Shown one piece after another: positions 28,620-39,721 of a DNA stretch of 45,919 bases (the first letter of the stretch is position 1; every line of letters starts with the position of its first letter). Under the pieces are notes generated by a model. It did no database searches. It was not told the DNA's origin and saw only the letters and a program-made list of their open reading frames with translations. Origin of the DNA: Gemmatimonadota bacterium (GTDB taxonomy: Bacteria; Gemmatimonadota; Gemmatimonadetes; Palauibacterales; Palauibacteraceae); NCBI GenBank assembly GCA_046758745.1, contig JBHIAV010000019.1:1-45919 (forward strand). The letters run 5' to 3'. Both the position numbers and the translations under genes were made by a program.

Positions 28620-29395
28620 TCCACCTCAAGAGCGCCGCAGAGATCGAGATCATCGGCCGTGCGGGCACGATCGCGGCCGAGGTGCTGGCCCACGTCCGCG
28701 GGCGAGTGACGCCCGGGACCACGACGGAGGAGCTGGACGTGCTCGCCGAGGGACTGATTCGCCAGCGCGGCGCCGCGCCCGCCTTCAAGGGTCTGTACGG
28801 CTTCCCGGCGACGCTGTGCACCAGCGTGAACGGAGAGGTCGTACACGGGATCCCGTCGGCGACACGGAAGCTTCAGGCCGGCGACATCGTCAGTGTGGAC
28901 GTGGGCGTCGAGCTGGAAGGGTACTTCGCTGATTCGGCGGTCACGGTGCCCGTCGGCGAGGTCGATCCGGAGACGGAGCGGCTCCTCGACGTAACCCAGC
29001 GCGCTCTGCAGGCCGGGATCGACCGGGCCCGGGTCGGGGAGCGCCTCGGCGATATCGGGGCGGCGGTGCAGAGACTCGTCGAGGAGGCCGGCTTCAGCGT
29101 GATCCGCGAGCTGGTCGGGCACGGAGTCGGCACGGCGCCGCATGAGGAACCGCAGGTGCCCAACTACGGGACCGCCGGCCACGGTCTGCGGCTGAGGGAG
29201 GGACTGGTGATCGCCATCGAGCCGATGGTGAACGCCGGGAAACGACATATCCGAACTCTGGACGACGGTTGGACGGTTGTAACGGCCGATGGAAGCCTTT
29301 CCGCACATTTCGAGCATACCGTGGCCGTAACGGCCGACGGGCCGCAGGTATTGACACGGTTGCCGGTGAAGGCCGGCGCAGGCAGGGGGGAGTAG
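28616..29395 (+). CDS. map: Type I methionine aminopeptidase
   Basis: GTG 28616; VVHGIP, D..D metal ligands, GHGVG..HEEP, IEPM, AHFEHT. Confidence 0.96.
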   Translation: MIHLKSAAEIEIIGRAGTIAAEVLAHVRGRVTPGTTTEELDVLAEGLIRQRGAAPAFKGLYGFPATLCTSVNGEVVHGIPSATRKLQAGDIVSVDVGVELEGYFADSAVTVPVGEVDPETERLLDVTQRALQAGIDRARVGERLGDIGAAVQRLVEEAGFSVIRELVGHGVGTAPHEEPQVPNYGTAGHGLRLREGLVIAIEPMVNAGKRHIRTLDDGWTVVTADGSLSAHFEHTVAVTADGPQVLTRLPVKAGAGRGE

Positions 29396-29614
29396 GTGGC
29401 GAAGGAAGAACCGATCCAGATGGCTGGCGAGGTCGTGGAGGCGCTCCCGAACGCCATGTTCCGCGTTCGGCTTGAGAACGGACACGAGATTACGTGTCAT
29501 GTCTCGGGCAAGATCCGCATGAACTACATCCGGATCCTGCCCGGCGACAAGGTGACGGTGGAGCTGTCCCCGTACGACCTGACGAAGGGTCGGATCACGT
29601 ATCGGTACAAGTAA
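29396..29614 (+). CDS. infA: Translation initiation factor IF-1
   Basis: [38 protein letters not shown]. Confidence 0.98.
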   Translation: MAKEEPIQMAGEVVEALPNAMFRVRLENGHEITCHVSGKIRMNYIRILPGDKVTVELSPYDLTKGRITYRYK

Positions 29615-29620
29615 CGATGG

Positions 29621-29649
29621 TTGATTTTTTGCCTTAAAGGGGCTAAGCT
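29621..29649 (+). promoter_or_regulatory. sigma70-type internal promoter for rpmJ-alpha operon
   Basis: TTGATT (29621-29626), 17-bp spacer, TAAGCT (29644-29649), in an AT-rich patch. Confidence 0.7.
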
Positions 29650-29682
29650 GTCAAGCTATGTCTCGAACGGGTCAGGCTCGGG

Positions 29683-29799
29683 ATGAAGGTTCGGTCCAGC
29701 GTCAAGAAAATTTGTGAACACTGCAAGATCGTGCGGCGCCGCGGGGTCGTGCGCGTGATCTGCCGCCGCAATCCGAAGCACAAACAGCGGCAGGGCTGA
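29683..29799 (+). CDS. rpmJ: 50S ribosomal protein bL36 (Zn-binding)
   Basis: Hand translation [38 protein letters not shown] (38 aa). Confidence 0.97.
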   Translation: MKVRSSVKKICEHCKIVRRRGVVRVICRRNPKHKQRQG

Positions 29800-29849
29800 G
29801 CCTCGCCCGCTCGCAGCGGGTTATCACGGCTCGCACGTAGAGGATCGGC

Positions 29850-30233
29850 ATGGCCAGAATCGCAGGGGTGGATCTCCCCCGGGACAAGCGGATCGAGGTT
29901 GCCCTCACGTACATCTTCGGCATCGGCGCCCCGACGGCCCGGGCCATCTTGGCGGAGACGGCGGTGGACCCGGACCTTCGCGTTCACCATCTGTCGGACG
30001 ACGATGTGAATCGGCTCCGGAGAGTGATCGAGAGCCGGTACAAGGTGGAGGGGGCGCTGCGGACGGAGGTGTCCATGAACATCAAGCGGCTCATGGACAT
30101 CGGCTGCTATCGCGGCCTGCGCCACCGCCGCGGCCTGCCGGTCCGCGGGCAGCGGACTCATACCAACGCCCGCACCCGAAAGGGGCCGAGGCGCACGGTC
30201 GCGGGCAAAAAGAAGCCACCGCCCAAGAAGTAG
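29850..30233 (+). CDS. rpsM: 30S ribosomal protein uS13
   Basis: [27 protein letters not shown]. Confidence 0.98.
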   Translation: MARIAGVDLPRDKRIEVALTYIFGIGAPTARAILAETAVDPDLRVHHLSDDDVNRLRRVIESRYKVEGALRTEVSMNIKRLMDIGCYRGLRHRRGLPVRGQRTHTNARTRKGPRRTVAGKKKPPPKK

Positions 30234-30259
30234 GACCGCGAGGGGAAGGAAGCACGAGA

Positions 30260-30646
30260 ATGGCGAAGCCGAAGAGCACGTCGAAGAGGAAGCGCCACGT
30301 CGATGTCGAGGGGATCGCTCACATCAAGGCCACCTTTAACAACACCCTGGTGACCATCACCGATATGCAGGGGGACACGGTTGTATGGTCCAGCGCGGGC
30401 AAGTCCGGGTTCAAGGGGTCAAAGAAATCCACTCCCTTCGCGGCCACCATCGCGGCGGAGAACGCCGCCCGCGAGGCCGTGGCTCTCGGGATGAAGAGGG
30501 TGCACGTACGGGTCCAGGGCCCGGGCTCGGGCCGGGAATCGGCCATCCAGGCTCTCCAGAACGCCGGTCTTACGATCCGCTCGATCCGCGATGTAACCCC
30601 CATTCCGCACAACGGATGCCGCCCCCCGAAGAAGAGGCGCGTCTGA
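30260..30646 (+). CDS. rpsK: 30S ribosomal protein uS11
   Basis: [27 protein letters not shown]. Confidence 0.98.
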   Translation: MAKPKSTSKRKRHVDVEGIAHIKATFNNTLVTITDMQGDTVVWSSAGKSGFKGSKKSTPFAATIAAENAAREAVALGMKRVHVRVQGPGSGRESAIQALQNAGLTIRSIRDVTPIPHNGCRPPKKRRV

Positions 30647-30725
30647 TCTGCCGCGGGTGCGCGGCCTGAGACACCGGGAGTCCAACGTCCACTAGACACG
30701 CTCCGAGGAGACAGACGACAGGTTC

Positions 30726-31358
30726 ATGGGACGATACACGGGCCCGGTGTGCCGGCTGTGCCGTCGCGAGGGCGAGAAGCTGTTCTTGAAGGGCAAGCGC
30801 TGCTTCACCGAGAAATGCGCGATCGAGCGGCGAGGGTACCCACCCGGCGAGCACGGAGTCGGCCGTCGTCGTCGCCGATCTTCCGAATACGCCCTGCAGC
30901 TTCGGGAGAAGCAGAAGGTGAAGCGAATCTACGGCGTCGGGGAGAGGCAGTTTCGCAGCATGTTCCGGCGTGCAGCCCGGGTGAAGGGGATCACGGGCGA
31001 GAACCTGCTCGCCTCGCTCGAGAGTCGCCTCGACAACATCGTCTATCGCCTCGGCTTCGCCGCCTCGCGCAAGTCGGCGCGGCAGCTCGTGCGGCACCGG
31101 CACGTGCGGGTCAACGGGACCACCATCGACGTTCCGAGCCATCTTCTTTCGCCCGGGGACGAGATCTCCCTCTCGCCGGAGGCGAGGCAGATGCCTCTCG
31201 TCAAGGAGGCGGTGGAGGATCGCAGGAGCAAGGATCACCTCTCCTGGCTGGGGGTGGACTACGACAACCTCACAGGACGCATGCTCGAGCGACCGTCGCG
31301 CGCGGACATCCCTCTCGCGGTCCAAGAGCAATTAATCGTAGAGCTGTACAGCAAATAG
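30726..31358 (+). CDS. rpsD: 30S ribosomal protein uS4 (Zn-ribbon form)
   Basis: CRLCRREG..C..C, LESRLDN, IVELYSK. Confidence 0.98.
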   Translation: MGRYTGPVCRLCRREGEKLFLKGKRCFTEKCAIERRGYPPGEHGVGRRRRRSSEYALQLREKQKVKRIYGVGERQFRSMFRRAARVKGITGENLLASLESRLDNIVYRLGFAASRKSARQLVRHRHVRVNGTTIDVPSHLLSPGDEISLSPEARQMPLVKEAVEDRRSKDHLSWLGVDYDNLTGRMLERPSRADIPLAVQEQLIVELYSK

Positions 31359-31376
31359 ACGAGGCAGAGTCTGACT

Positions 31377-32462
31377 ATGTCGGCTTCCGTAGATCTCACG
31401 GGTTTGGTCCTTCCCAGCACCGTCGAGGAGCAGTCGCGCTCGGCTGACGACCGACGGGCGGAGTACGTCGTGCAACCGCTCGAGCGCGGTTTCGGACACA
31501 CGGTCGGCAATTCCATCCGCCGGGTGCTCCTCTCCTCGCTCCCCGGGGCGGCCATCTGGGCTTTTCGCGGCGACGGGATCCAACATGAGCACCAGACGAT
31601 CGCCGGGGTGGTGGAAGACGTTCACCAGATCATCCAGAACCTCAAGGCCCTTGTCCTGATCCTGGACCCGGAGGTCGACGAGGCGAGGCTCGAGCTCTCC
31701 GTGTACAAGGCGGGTATCGTGCGAGCGTCGCACATCGCCAAGCATTCGGCGGCCCGGATCGTGAACCCGGAGCAGATGCTCTTCACGCTGCAGGAGGATC
31801 TGCCAGAGAACCGGCCCCTGAACATGTCCTTTTGGGTCAAGCGCGGCCGCGGATTCGTGATGGCGGATCAGCACGAGAAGCCGGAGGGCGCTCCGGTCGA
31901 CCTCATCCGAGTTGATTCGATCTTCAACCCGGTGGTGCGGGCCAACTTCGTGGTGCAGGAGACCCGGGTCGGCCAACGTACCGACTTCGATCGACTGTCG
32001 GTGGAGGTGGAGACGAACGGCTCCATGGATCCGGCCGACGCGATCGCCTACGCGGCCGAGGTGGCGCAGATGCACCTCGGCTACCTGACGCAGCTGGGCC
32101 GGACGACGGGTGGTGTGAGACGAGGCGACGGAACGGCGGCACCTCCGGGACGTCGTCCGGTAAGCCCCGATCTGGCGGAGCTTCTGGAGCGGTCGCTTGA
32201 GGAGTTCGATGCCATTTCCGTGCGGTCGCGCAACACGCTGGATAAGGCGGATATACGGACTCTCGGGGACGTGGCTGCGATGACGCGGGACGAGATGCTC
32301 GAGGTAGCGAACTTCGGTGAGAAGTCGTTGGAGGAGGTGGCCGAGGTGCTCGCCTTGAACGGCTTGAAGTTCGGGATGCGCCTCGAGCGCGACGAGGAGG
32401 GAAGGCTCTTCATCCTGGAGGAGTCGACCGGGAACGGAGCGGGGAGCTCCGATGCGGCATAG
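31377..32462 (+). CDS. rpoA: RNA polymerase alpha subunit
   Basis: [29 protein letters not shown], alpha-[18 protein letters not shown]. Confidence 0.97.
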   Translation: MSASVDLTGLVLPSTVEEQSRSADDRRAEYVVQPLERGFGHTVGNSIRRVLLSSLPGAAIWAFRGDGIQHEHQTIAGVVEDVHQIIQNLKALVLILDPEVDEARLELSVYKAGIVRASHIAKHSAARIVNPEQMLFTLQEDLPENRPLNMSFWVKRGRGFVMADQHEKPEGAPVDLIRVDSIFNPVVRANFVVQETRVGQRTDFDRLSVEVETNGSMDPADAIAYAAEVAQMHLGYLTQLGRTTGGVRRGDGTAAPPGRRPVSPDLAELLERSLEEFDAISVRSRNTLDKADIRTLGDVAAMTRDEMLEVANFGEKSLEEVAEVLALNGLKFGMRLERDEEGRLFILEESTGNGAGSSDAA

Positions 32463-32814
32463 GAAGAGAGGACGGCAGCTCAGCCGCACGGCCAGCCACC
32501 GCACCGCTGTGCTGAGGAACCTGGCCACCAGCCTGCTCCGGCATGAACGGATTCGCACCACCGAGGCGAAGGCAAAGGAGCTTCGGCCGGTGGTCGAGAA
32601 GCTCATCTCGCTGGGCCGGCTGGACGACCTGCACAGCCGGCGGCAGGCGCGCCGTCTGGTCGCGGACCGAGAAGTGCTTCAGAAGCTGTTCGATGACATC
32701 GGCCCACGATATCGATCGAGCCCGGGCGGCTACACCCGGATCGTCAAGCTCGGGGCCAGGAGGGGCGACGGAGCCGAGCTCGCGATCATCGAGCTCACGG
32801 AGAAGCTCAACTAG
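32452..32814 (+). CDS. rplQ: 50S ribosomal protein bL17
   Basis: [14 protein letters not shown]-like ([10 protein letters not shown]), [14 protein letters not shown]. Confidence 0.97.
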   Translation: MRHRKRGRQLSRTASHRTAVLRNLATSLLRHERIRTTEAKAKELRPVVEKLISLGRLDDLHSRRQARRLVADREVLQKLFDDIGPRYRSSPGGYTRIVKLGARRGDGAELAIIELTEKLN

Positions 32815-32847
32815 GCTCGCCTGAACGGCCGGCCTTGGGGTTGACTG

Positions 32848-33348
32848 ATGGCGCGCACAACCGTCGGGAGAGCCTCGCCGCTCTGGTTGGGAGGGGCGCT
32901 GATCGCGGTCGGCGGCTTCCTCTTCTGGCTCTTCAGCGCGACCCGCTCCCTGGAGACGGCGGTCACCCCGGTCCTCGGTGATGAGGGCGGGGGTCCCACC
33001 TTCATGGCGATGACGGTAGACGAGCTTCGCGGCGACCCGGCGGCGGTGGTGGGGAGGACCGTCGGCCTGGAGAAGGTGCCCGTGGCCGCGAGGTTGGGAA
33101 GGGGCGCGTTCACGATCAGGCTCGATGACGCGACCTCGTATCCCGTGCTTCTCGACCGGGACCTGATCCAGCTGAACACGCAGGTGTACGGTGGAGACGT
33201 GGTGAAGGTGTGGGGCCACATCTTCACGTTCAACGACTCGATTCGAGACGAGTGGGTGAGGCAGACGGCGGTCGATGCGGAGAGCGCTGGAAAGATTCCG
33301 CAGACGCCGAGCTTCCTGCTCGCCGACTCGCTGGAGTTCGTTCAGTAG
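32848..33348 (+). CDS. Hypothetical protein with N-terminal membrane anchor (possible OB-fold)
   Basis: 166-aa ORF filling the rplQ-rpmB gap; hydrophobic LWLGGALIAVGGFLFWLFS; beta-rich domain with 'GDVVKVWG'. Confidence 0.75.
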   Translation: MARTTVGRASPLWLGGALIAVGGFLFWLFSATRSLETAVTPVLGDEGGGPTFMAMTVDELRGDPAAVVGRTVGLEKVPVAARLGRGAFTIRLDDATSYPVLLDRDLIQLNTQVYGGDVVKVWGHIFTFNDSIRDEWVRQTAVDAESAGKIPQTPSFLLADSLEFVQ

Positions 33349-33399
33349 GCCGGCGGGCTTCTCTCGAGATCGCGCGGACCGGAGACGGGTGGAAAACCG

Positions 33400-33591
33400 A
33401 TGGCGAAGTTCTGCTACGTGTGCAATAAAGGCCCCGCGACGGGCAACCGTGTGAGCAACGCCAACAACCGGACGAAGCGGCGGTTCATGCCGAATCTCCA
33501 GCGGGTTCGCATCCTTGAGAACGGTCGCCGGATCCGCGTGAGGGTGTGCACGCAGTGCCTGAAGGCCGGGGCGGTGCGGAAGGCGCCGTAG
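33400..33591 (+). CDS. rpmB: 50S ribosomal protein bL28 (Zn-binding)
   Basis: [30 protein letters not shown]. Confidence 0.96.
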   Translation: MAKFCYVCNKGPATGNRVSNANNRTKRRFMPNLQRVRILENGRRIRVRVCTQCLKAGAVRKAP

Positions 33592-33633
33592 GGAGACCGG
33601 GGCGCGCCGCCGGGGTCACCGCTTCGGGCCGAC

Positions 33634-33663
33634 GGGAGGCTCTGCCATGAGGCAGGGCCTTTC
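33634..33663 (+). terminator. Putative terminator hairpin closing the ribosomal supercluster
   Basis: GGGAGGCTCTGCC-ATGA-GGCAGGGCCTTTC 13-bp stem with G-U pairs; weak U tail. Confidence 0.5.
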
Positions 33664-33699
33664 GTGCTCTGCGCTCCATGGTGCCGCGCTTCCAGCCGG

Positions 33700-33728
33700 T
33701 TGGCCCCCTCTCTCCCGATCTCTATATT
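33700..33728 (+). promoter_or_regulatory. sigma70-type promoter for hemD operon
   Basis: TTGGCC (33700-33705), 17-bp spacer, TATATT (33723-33728), 7 nt before ATG 33736. Confidence 0.55.
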
Positions 33729-33735
33729 CCATTGG

Positions 33736-34611
33736 ATGAAGCGGCAACGAGTGGTGGAAGATCGACCCCTTCAGGGCCAGACCGTGGTGGTCACGAGGCC
33801 GCGCTCGCGCGCTGCGGGGCTCACCGCCGCCCTGCACGCCGCCGGCGCTTCCGTGGTGGAGTTTCCCACCATCCGCATCGACGGTCCGGAGGATGATGCG
33901 CCTCTGCGCGAGGCTCTCGCTCGCCTCTCGGAATACGACTGGATCGTCTTCACCAGCGTGAACGGGGTTGAAAGGTTCTTCCGCGCGCTCGCCGCGATGC
34001 GGTGCGGACCGGGGGTGCTCCGCGGCCGGTCGGTCGCCGCCATCGGTCCGGCCACGCGGCGCGCGCTGCGGAGGGAGGGTATCGAGCCGGACATCGTACC
34101 GGGCCGATACCGCGCCGAAGAGCTGGTTGAAGCGATCTTGGCCGGCGCGGCGGGATCGGTTCCCGGAGGTGCCGTCTCGGACGCTTCCAGCGTGGGAGGG
34201 CACGCTGCCGCTCGCCCTCCGATGGAGGGTGTGCGGGTCCTGATTCCGCGGGCGGCGGAGGCCCGCTCCATCCTTCCCGACGGATTGCGGCGAGCGGGAG
34301 CGGAGGTTGACGTCGTCACGGCGTATCGGACCGTGCCGACCAGCCCGGATGTCGCCCGACTGCGGCGGGCTCTGGAGAAAGGGGAGGTCGACTGGGTGAC
34401 CTTCACGGCTTCCTCGACGGTACGACACTTCGTTCGCCTCGTCGGGAGGGAGATCGGAAGGGCGCGAGTCGCGGTCATCGGTCCGATCACGGGCGAGACT
34501 TCCAGGCGCCTCGGGCTTGCGGTCAGCGTCACGGCGACCGAGTACACCATTCCTGGTCTCGTCGAGGCCCTCGTGGCGGCCGGCACGGAGCCCCGGCGCG
34601 AGGCCCGGTAA
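33736..34611 (+). CDS. hemD: Uroporphyrinogen-III synthase
   Basis: VVVTRP, WIVFTSVNGV, AIGPAT, VVTAYRT, FTASSTV, IGPIT; start ATG 33736 (GTG 33751/33754 alternatives). Confidence 0.92.
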   Translation: MKRQRVVEDRPLQGQTVVVTRPRSRAAGLTAALHAAGASVVEFPTIRIDGPEDDAPLREALARLSEYDWIVFTSVNGVERFFRALAAMRCGPGVLRGRSVAAIGPATRRALRREGIEPDIVPGRYRAEELVEAILAGAAGSVPGGAVSDASSVGGHAAARPPMEGVRVLIPRAAEARSILPDGLRRAGAEVDVVTAYRTVPTSPDVARLRRALEKGEVDWVTFTASSTVRHFVRLVGREIGRARVAVIGPITGETSRRLGLAVSVTATEYTIPGLVEALVAAGTEPRREAR

Positions 34612-34620
34612 CCGGAGCTC

Positions 34621-35631
34621 ATGCCGGGCTTCCCCCAGGTGCGGCTGAGGCGCATCCGCCGCTCGGCGGTCCTCCGCGATCTGGTTCGCGAGACGGACGT
34701 GCGGGCGTCCGATCTCATCTATCCCCTGTTCGTCTTGCCCGGACGCCAGACCCGGGATCCCGTGCCGTCCATGCCGGGTGTGGAGCGTCTCTCGGTCGAC
34801 GAAGTGGTTCGCGAGGCGGAGGCGGCGCGCCGCGACGGTGTACGGGCGGTTCTACTGTTCGGGATCCCGGAGAGCAAAGATCCGCTGGGGTCATCCGGTG
34901 CCGACGAAGGCGGGATCGTGCAGCGCGCCGTGCGGGCTCTCAGAGCCGAGCTCCCCGACCTCGTGGTCATCACGGACGTTTGCCTGTGCGAATATACCTC
35001 ACACGGACACTGCGGTGTGGTGAGGGGCGATTCCGTGGACAACGACCGCACCCTGCCGCTCCTTGCCGGGCAGGCGGTGTCCCACGCGGAAGCTGGGGCG
35101 GACGTCGTGGCACCCTCCGACATGATGGACGGTCGCGTTGGCGCGGTGCGCTCCGCCCTCGATGACGCCGGTTTCACCGAGGTCCCGATCCTCTCGTATG
35201 CGGCCAAGTATGCGAGTGCTTTCTACGGACCATTCCGGGACGCGGCCGAATCGACGCCCGCCTTCGGGGATCGGCGGGGATATCAGATGGATCCCGGAAA
35301 CTCGGACGAAGCGATCCGCGAGGTGGCGTTGGATCTGGAAGAGGGCGCGGACATCGTGATGGTGAAGCCGGCCCTCCCGTACCTGGACGTGGTCCGGCGG
35401 GTGAAGGAGCGTTTCGGCGTGCCGACGGCCGCCTACCATGTGAGCGGCGAGTACGCGATGATCGCGGCCGCAGCCGAACGGGGATGGATCGATCGAAAGG
35501 CGGCGTTGCTGGAGGCCACGCTGGCCATCCGCAGAGCCGGAGCCGATCTGGTGGTGAGCTATGCCGCACGCGACGTCGCGCGATGGCTGGAGGTCGGGGC
35601 GGGAGCGAGCGGCGAGGGAGGCCGCTCATGA
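34621..35631 (+). CDS. hemB: Porphobilinogen synthase (ALA dehydratase), Zn-type
   Basis: [42 protein letters not shown]. Confidence 0.98.
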   Translation: MPGFPQVRLRRIRRSAVLRDLVRETDVRASDLIYPLFVLPGRQTRDPVPSMPGVERLSVDEVVREAEAARRDGVRAVLLFGIPESKDPLGSSGADEGGIVQRAVRALRAELPDLVVITDVCLCEYTSHGHCGVVRGDSVDNDRTLPLLAGQAVSHAEAGADVVAPSDMMDGRVGAVRSALDDAGFTEVPILSYAAKYASAFYGPFRDAAESTPAFGDRRGYQMDPGNSDEAIREVALDLEEGADIVMVKPALPYLDVVRRVKERFGVPTAAYHVSGEYAMIAAAAERGWIDRKAALLEATLAIRRAGADLVVSYAARDVARWLEVGAGASGEGGRS

Positions 35632-36647
35632 AGGTGCTGGTCACGGGAGCCGACGGCTTCGTGGGCGAACACTTGGTGGAACTCCTCCTGGAGAAGGGCT
35701 ACGACGTGTCCGCCTCGGCGCTCACCCTTCCTCCGACGCGGGACACCTTGCGCCCCGAGCGGATCGGGGAGGTCGACTGGAAAGCCGCAGACGTCCTGGA
35801 TCACGACGCTCTGTTTCGGCTGGTGGCCGCGGTTCGGCCCGACCACATCTATCACCTCGCCGGATTCTCCTCCGGTGCTCTTGCGCGCGAGCAGGTCGAG
35901 GTCGCCATGCGTGTCAACGCCGGAGGCACCATCAACCTATGTGAGGCCGTACTGGCAGCGCGGGATGAGTTCCCGAGCTTCGATCCCCGAATCCTCGTGA
36001 TGGGCTCTGGAGAGGCGTACGGGAGCGCCGCGCTCAAGGAGCTGCCGCTCCGGGAGGAGATGCCTCTTCGCCCGCTGTCGCCGTACGGGCTGTCGAAGGC
36101 GTGTCAGGAGTTCGTCGCCCACACCTACCGCCGGGCGCGCGGGTTGCGAACCGTCGTCGTGCGCGGGTTCAACCTCCTCGGCCCGGGCCAGCGGGTGCAG
36201 TTCGTCGTCCCCTCCTTCTGCGCTCAGGTGGCGGAGATCGCGGGCGGTCAGCGCGATCCCGTCCTGCACGTGGGAAACCTGGACGTGGAACGGGATTTCA
36301 CCGACGTGCGCGACGGGGTGAAGGCGTATCACGCGATCATGGGGCTGGAAAAGCCGAAATCGGTATACAACGTCTGCTCCGGCAGCGCGACGCCGATCCG
36401 TCGCCTTCTGGAGTGGATTCTCGATGAAGCCGGCGTGGAGGCGGAGATCCGAGTGGACGCCTCACGGGTCCGCGAGGAGGAGACGCCCCGCATCATCGGG
36501 GATGCGAGCCGCGTGCGAGAGGAGACGGGCTGGGCCCCGACAAGGTACATCGAGGGCACCGTCCGCGAGGTGTATGGGTGGATCGCGGCGCAGGTCAATC
36601 GGCCGGGTGGCCCGGCGCCCACAGTCACCGAACCCGAGCGACAATGA
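35628..36647 (+). CDS. Extended SDR nucleotide-sugar reductase/dehydratase (Rmd / GDP-mannose dehydratase-like)
   Basis: ATG 35628; [15 protein letters not shown] (YxxxK), [21 protein letters not shown]. Confidence 0.85.
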   Translation: MKVLVTGADGFVGEHLVELLLEKGYDVSASALTLPPTRDTLRPERIGEVDWKAADVLDHDALFRLVAAVRPDHIYHLAGFSSGALAREQVEVAMRVNAGGTINLCEAVLAARDEFPSFDPRILVMGSGEAYGSAALKELPLREEMPLRPLSPYGLSKACQEFVAHTYRRARGLRTVVVRGFNLLGPGQRVQFVVPSFCAQVAEIAGGQRDPVLHVGNLDVERDFTDVRDGVKAYHAIMGLEKPKSVYNVCSGSATPIRRLLEWILDEAGVEAEIRVDASRVREEETPRIIGDASRVREETGWAPTRYIEGTVREVYGWIAAQVNRPGGPAPTVTEPERQ

Positions 36648-37966
36648 ACATCACCGTAATCGGAACCGGCTACGTCGGCCTCGTCGTGGGAGCCTGTCTC
36701 GCGGAGACGGGCAATCAGGTGGTTTGCGCCGATATCGACGGGGAGAAGATCGATCGACTGAACGCGGGCGAGGTCCCGATCTTCGAGCCGGGCCTGGATC
36801 GCCTGATCGCTCACAATCTGGAGCAGGGTCGTCTCCGCTTCACTACCGACGTCGCCGGCGGCGTGCGCGAGGGGCAGTTGATCTTCATCGCCGTGGGAAC
36901 TCCGCCGGATGAGGACGGCTCAGCCGATCTCCAGCACGTGCTCGCCGTGGCCCGCTTGATCGGCCAGAACATGAACGAAGAGAAGGTCATCATCACGAAG
37001 AGCACGGTCCCGGTGGGGACGGCGAGCCGGGTCAGGGAGGAGATCGAGCAGCACACCACACAACGCTTTCACGTCTGCTCCAACCCGGAGTTTCTCAAAG
37101 AGGGAGCGGCGATCGAGGATTTCATGCGGCCCGATCGGATCGTGTGTGGGATCGAGAGCGAGGCGGCGCGTCCCCTGCTCGAGGATCTGTTCGAGCCGTT
37201 TGTTCGGAGCGGCAACCCGTTGATATTCATGGACATCGCGTCTGCCGAGCTAACCAAGTACGCCGCCAACGCGATGCTCGCCACGCGCATCAGCTTCATG
37301 AACCAGGTCGCCGCGCTGTGCGAGAAGGCGGGTGCCGACGTGAGTCTCGTGCGAAAGGGGATGGGCTCGGATCCCCGGATCGGGCAGGCGTTCCTTTTCG
37401 CCGGCGCCGGGTACGGCGGGAGCTGTTTCCCGAAGGATGTGCGGGCGCTGATCAGCACGGGAGAAGAACTGGATCTCGATCTCTCCATTCTCCGGGAGGT
37501 GCATCGGGTCAACGAGAACCAGAAGCGCCGCTTGGCCGACAAGGTGAAGGAGCGCTTCGGCGACGATCTGAGCGGTAAGCGCTTCGCCGTGTGGGGGCTG
37601 TCGTTCAAGCCGCAGACAGATGACGTGCGCGAGGCCCCCTCCCTCGTGGTCGTGGAATCCCTGCTGGGTGCGGGCGCGGAGGTGACAGTTCACGATCCCG
37701 TGGCCATGGAGGCAGCGCGAACCCGCCACTTCGGGGACCGGGTCTCCTACGCGCAGGACGAGTACGAGGCCTGCGGCGGAGCCGATGCCCTGATCCTGGT
37801 CACCGAGTGGCTCCAATACCGCAGGCCGGACTGGGATAGGCTCGCACGGGCGCTCAGGAGCCGAATCGTCTTCGACGGCCGCAACCTGTTCGAACCGGGC
37901 CGAATGCGCCGAGAAGGATTCGAATATTACCCGATCGGCAGAGAGCAGGTGCGATGCGCGTCCTGA
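36644..37966 (+). CDS. ugd: UDP-glucose 6-dehydrogenase
   Basis: ATG 36644; [31 protein letters not shown]. Confidence 0.93.
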   Translation: MNITVIGTGYVGLVVGACLAETGNQVVCADIDGEKIDRLNAGEVPIFEPGLDRLIAHNLEQGRLRFTTDVAGGVREGQLIFIAVGTPPDEDGSADLQHVLAVARLIGQNMNEEKVIITKSTVPVGTASRVREEIEQHTTQRFHVCSNPEFLKEGAAIEDFMRPDRIVCGIESEAARPLLEDLFEPFVRSGNPLIFMDIASAELTKYAANAMLATRISFMNQVAALCEKAGADVSLVRKGMGSDPRIGQAFLFAGAGYGGSCFPKDVRALISTGEELDLDLSILREVHRVNENQKRRLADKVKERFGDDLSGKRFAVWGLSFKPQTDDVREAPSLVVVESLLGAGAEVTVHDPVAMEAARTRHFGDRVSYAQDEYEACGGADALILVTEWLQYRRPDWDRLARALRSRIVFDGRNLFEPGRMRREGFEYYPIGREQVRCAS

Positions 37967-38931
37967 TAACCGGCGTATCGGGCTTTCTGGGCTCGCACCT
38001 GGCCGAGCGGTTTCTCGCGGACGGTCACTCCGTCATCGGCATGGACAACCTGATCACCGGTCGTCAGGAAAACATCGCTCATCTCTTGGAGCACGACCGG
38101 ATGGATTTCATCCGCCACGACGTGACGGAATACATCGACGTTCCGGGCGAGCTCGATGGGGTGCTCCACTTCGCGTCCCCGGCCAGTCCCGTCGATTATC
38201 TCGAGCTCCCGATCCAGACGCTGAAGGTGGGAAGTCTCGGCACCCACAAGGTGCTCGGGCTGGCGAAGTCGAAATCCGCCCGGTTTCTCCTCGCGTCGAC
38301 CTCGGAGGTGTATGGGGACCCCCTCGTCCACCCCCAAGGCGAGACGTATTGGGGGAACGTGAATCCGATCGGGCCGCGCGGGGTGTACGATGAGGCCAAG
38401 AGGTTCGCCGAGGCGATGAGTATGGCCTATCACCGGGTGCACGGCATAGATACACGCATCGTACGTATTTTCAATACCTACGGGCCCAGGATGCGCCCGA
38501 ACGACGGCCGCGTCGTGTCCAACTTCATCGTTCAGGCGATTCTCGGTGAGCCGCTCACGGTGTACGGTGACGGCAACCAGTCGCGAAGCTTCTGCTACGT
38601 CTCGGATCTGATCGAAGGCATCTATCGACTCTTCCACAGCACCGAGACCCGGCCGGTGAACATCGGCAATCCAAACGAGTTCAGCATCCTGGAGTTGGCC
38701 GAGCTCGTTACGGAGCTCACGGGCGCGACCTCCGGCGTCCGCTACCTGCCGCTCCCCACGGATGACCCGAAGGTGCGCCAGCCCGACATCGGCCGCGCCA
38801 GGGCCGTGCTCGGTTGGGAGCCGTGCGTGCCGCTTCGCGACGGTCTGGACCGAACAGTCGAATATTTCCGGACCCTGCACGCGGAGAATCGCCTGTTCAG
38901 CCCGCCTGTGCTCTCGGGGTCGGCGTCCTGA
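37954..38931 (+). CDS. uxs: UDP-glucuronate decarboxylase (UDP-xylose synthase family SDR)
   Basis: [54 protein letters not shown]. Confidence 0.9.
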   Translation: MRVLITGVSGFLGSHLAERFLADGHSVIGMDNLITGRQENIAHLLEHDRMDFIRHDVTEYIDVPGELDGVLHFASPASPVDYLELPIQTLKVGSLGTHKVLGLAKSKSARFLLASTSEVYGDPLVHPQGETYWGNVNPIGPRGVYDEAKRFAEAMSMAYHRVHGIDTRIVRIFNTYGPRMRPNDGRVVSNFIVQAILGEPLTVYGDGNQSRSFCYVSDLIEGIYRLFHSTETRPVNIGNPNEFSILELAELVTELTGATSGVRYLPLPTDDPKVRQPDIGRARAVLGWEPCVPLRDGLDRTVEYFRTLHAENRLFSPPVLSGSAS

Positions 38932-38933
38932 CG

Positions 38934-39695
38934 ATGGTCCCGGACGACAGACCCGAGCTCTCGGTCGTGATGCCCGTATACAATGAGGCCGAGACCGTAG
39001 AGACGATTGTCCGGCGCGTGAAGGAGGTTCCGCTTCGCCTCGAGCTCGTGTGCGTGGATGATGGCTCTGCCGACGGCTCGGGGGCTGTGCTTCGCCGCCT
39101 GGAGAGCGAAGGACTCGTCGACAGGCTCATCCTACACGAGAGCAATCGGGGCAAGGGTGCCGCGCTGGCCAGCGGCTTCCGCGCGGCCAGCGGCGATGTG
39201 GTGATCATCCAGGACGCCGATCTCGAGTACGACCCGCAGGAATACTCGTGGCTTCTGCAGCCGATCCGCGAGAACAGGGCGGACGTCGTGTTCGGGTCCC
39301 GCTTCATGGGTGGTCGTCCCCACCGTGTGCTGTACTTCTGGCACTACGTCGGGAACCGGATGCTCACCCTGCTCTCCAACATGGTCACGAACCTCAACCT
39401 CACGGACATGGAAACCTGCTACAAGTGTTTCCGGCGCGAGGTGCTGGAAGACTTGGAGGTCGAGGAGCGGGCCTTCGGCGTGGAACCGGAGCTCACCGCG
39501 AAGGTTGCGCTCGGGAACTGGCGGGTGTACGAGGTCGGGATCTCGTACAGCGGACGCACCTATGCGGAGGGGAAGAAGATCGGGTGGCGCGACGGGTTTC
39601 GCGCCTTGCACTGCATCTTGAAATACGGCCTCATCCGGCGTTGGTTTGGTCGAAAGAAGACGGACCGCAGGGAGCCCGGGTGGGGGAAACGGTAG
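38934..39695 (+). CDS. GT2 polyprenol-phosphate glycosyltransferase (Dpm1/ArnC-like)
   Basis: [38 protein letters not shown]. Confidence 0.9.
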   Translation: MVPDDRPELSVVMPVYNEAETVETIVRRVKEVPLRLELVCVDDGSADGSGAVLRRLESEGLVDRLILHESNRGKGAALASGFRAASGDVVIIQDADLEYDPQEYSWLLQPIRENRADVVFGSRFMGGRPHRVLYFWHYVGNRMLTLLSNMVTNLNLTDMETCYKCFRREVLEDLEVEERAFGVEPELTAKVALGNWRVYEVGISYSGRTYAEGKKIGWRDGFRALHCILKYGLIRRWFGRKKTDRREPGWGKR

Positions 39696-39721
39696 GCCTC
39701 CGGGGCGTCTCGCGCGCGAGC

